Assembly: GCA_964585295.1 (NCBI GenBank) | Contig: CAZPCY010000004.1 | Location: forward strand, 90,786 to 154,785 | Source: an uncultured Candidatus Poseidoniales archaeon | GTDB taxonomy: Archaea; Thermoplasmatota; Poseidoniia; Poseidoniales; Thalassarchaeaceae | DNA: 64,000 nucleotides | Reading direction: 5' to 3' | Shown: piece after piece, positions 63,015 through 64,000 of the stretch | How the letters are laid out: every line of letters begins with the position of its first letter | How positions within the stretch are numbered: the stretch's first letter is position 1 | The notes under the pieces: model-generated | What the model saw: the letters and a program-made list of their open reading frames with translations, nothing else | Told to the model about the DNA's origin: nothing | Databases searched by the model: none | Position numbers and translations under genes: made by a program

Positions 63015-63860
63015 TCAGCCACGCTCCTCTTCGATGTCACCGGAGAATCCATCCCTGACGTCCGACATGCCTCCGAAGATCGTCTGGGCGAACGCAAGGA
63101 CATCTGCAAGACCCTCCTCCATCTCGCTCGAAAGGGGGATCAATGAAGGCATGAGAGAAGCCTCCTGCATCGTCCTCAGTTGGGCTATCGCGAACTCGAC
63201 CCGTTGAGCGGAGGCAGCATCCTCCTGCATTCTCTGCGAAGTCTCCTCGTAGAGAGCCGCTTCGAGAACATCCAATCTCTCCCCCCATTCTAGGATCCGC
63301 TCCAGATCGTCCGGTTCCAGCAGGTCAGCCTTCGACAGGAAGTTGGCGGTCGGAAGGCCGAGGCGGAAATGCACTATGTTGGACAACTGCATCTGGGCGA
63401 CGAATCCAGATGCGGTCCTCGAGAGCATCGGATCGAATAGGAAGATCAACGCGGCCTGTCCTCCACCTAGGACTTCTACGAGATGGTTAGATGCCTCGCG
63501 GAAGGCGAATAACTCGACCTGCCCGGGGGTGTCGATAACCAACAGATCCCCGGCCACACCATCAAGCTCATCCGCGATGTCGTATGCCTGCGCCGCTACC
63601 AGATCGGCTGCGAGAATCTGTGCTCCGTTAGGTCCAAGGTCATACTCGTCCATCACATCGCTAAGTGAGATTAGATCCCGCACATCAAACTCCGGGTCGT
63701 AGTGCACCCGTTCGGCCCCCGGGTCAAGATTAATCGTCAGGGCGTCGACCTCAAGGAATCGCGCCCAACGTTGCAATGCTGTCACGAGCGAACTCTTGCC
63801 AGCACCAGCGGTTCCGACGACGAACAGGACGGGGGGAGTGGTGGCATCGCTAACTGTCAC
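63015..63860 (-). CDS. GPN-loop GTPase (Npa3/XAB1 family)
   Basis: P-loop GTAGAGKSS, NLDPGAE, the diagnostic GPNGA motif, DTPGQVELF. Confidence 0.8.
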   Translation of the reverse strand: MTVSDATTPPVLFVVGTAGAGKSSLVTALQRWARFLEVDALTINLDPGAERVHYDPEFDVRDLISLSDVMDEYDLGPNGAQILAADLVAAQAYDIADELDGVAGDLLVIDTPGQVELFAFREASNHLVEVLGGGQAALIFLFDPMLSRTASGFVAQMQLSNIVHFRLGLPTANFLSKADLLEPDDLERILEWGERLDVLEAALYEETSQRMQEDAASAQRVEFAIAQLRTMQEASLMPSLIPLSSEMEEGLADVLAFAQTIFGGMSDVRDGFSGDIEEERG

Positions 63861-64000
63861 GTGATGAGTGCCTCTAGTAGGGGTTCATCAAGCATTTGGG
63901 CAGGAGGGGGGAATGCATGTGCTTGTTCGCGTATAGGCAACGTTCATACAATCGACAGCGCCGTTGTCGCGCAGCGATTCGCTGCATTAGGAGGTCAAAC

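Noticed and set aside
1-64000. CRISPR arrays, rRNA genes, transposases, inteins
   Set aside because: By eye I recognised no regularly spaced direct repeats, no rRNA-like conserved stretches, no DDE or serine/tyrosine recombinase motifs and no intein blocks in the large polymerase genes. A computational repeat scan would be needed to be certain.

Overview
Visibly GC-rich archaeal chromosomal segment with about 65 tightly packed genes, many joined by 1-4 nt start/stop overlaps. Archaeal hallmarks: an rpoH-rpoB-rpoA1-rpoA2-rpl30e cluster, ribosomal protein eS1/S3Ae, proteasome beta, aCPSF1, RNase P Pop5, PurP, SepF, a GPN-loop GTPase, a DGGGP-synthase-like UbiA enzyme and three tRNAs (Lys-TTT, Pro-TGG, Glu-CTC). 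The acidic proteome, bacterial-type thyA/folA/plsC and many anchored extracytoplasmic proteins suggest an uncultured marine Thermoplasmatota-like (MGII/III-type) euryarchaeon; this is inference only. I recognised no rRNA, CRISPR array, transposase or integrase. The strongest candidates for undescribed biology are: (1) a five-gene Rieske/cytochrome b operon (3875-9768, minus) in which the subunit-IV-like protein is fused through an extracytoplasmic domain to an HdrD/GlpC-type CCG iron-sulfur module; (2) a translationally coupled Lgt-like / rubredoxin-like radical-SAM / membrane-protein operon (29261-32507, minus) preceded by two coupled coiled-coil genes; (3) paralogous helix-hairpin-helix-like N-terminal modules on RNAP subunits H and A'', plus a Cys-rich insertion in A'; (4) a close homolog of animal DNase I with a membrane anchor; (5) unusual fusions and decorations (Mtq2/PrmC-like methyltransferase fused to BirA, S3Ae with a SAP tail, a surface protein with twin cytoplasmic zinc ribbons coupled to DtxR); (6) four COG1340-like coiled-coil paralogs within about 15 kb; and (7) a PlsC-type acyltransferase alongside archaeal ether-lipid genes. 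All functional calls come from motif recognition by eye and need HMM or structure confirmation.
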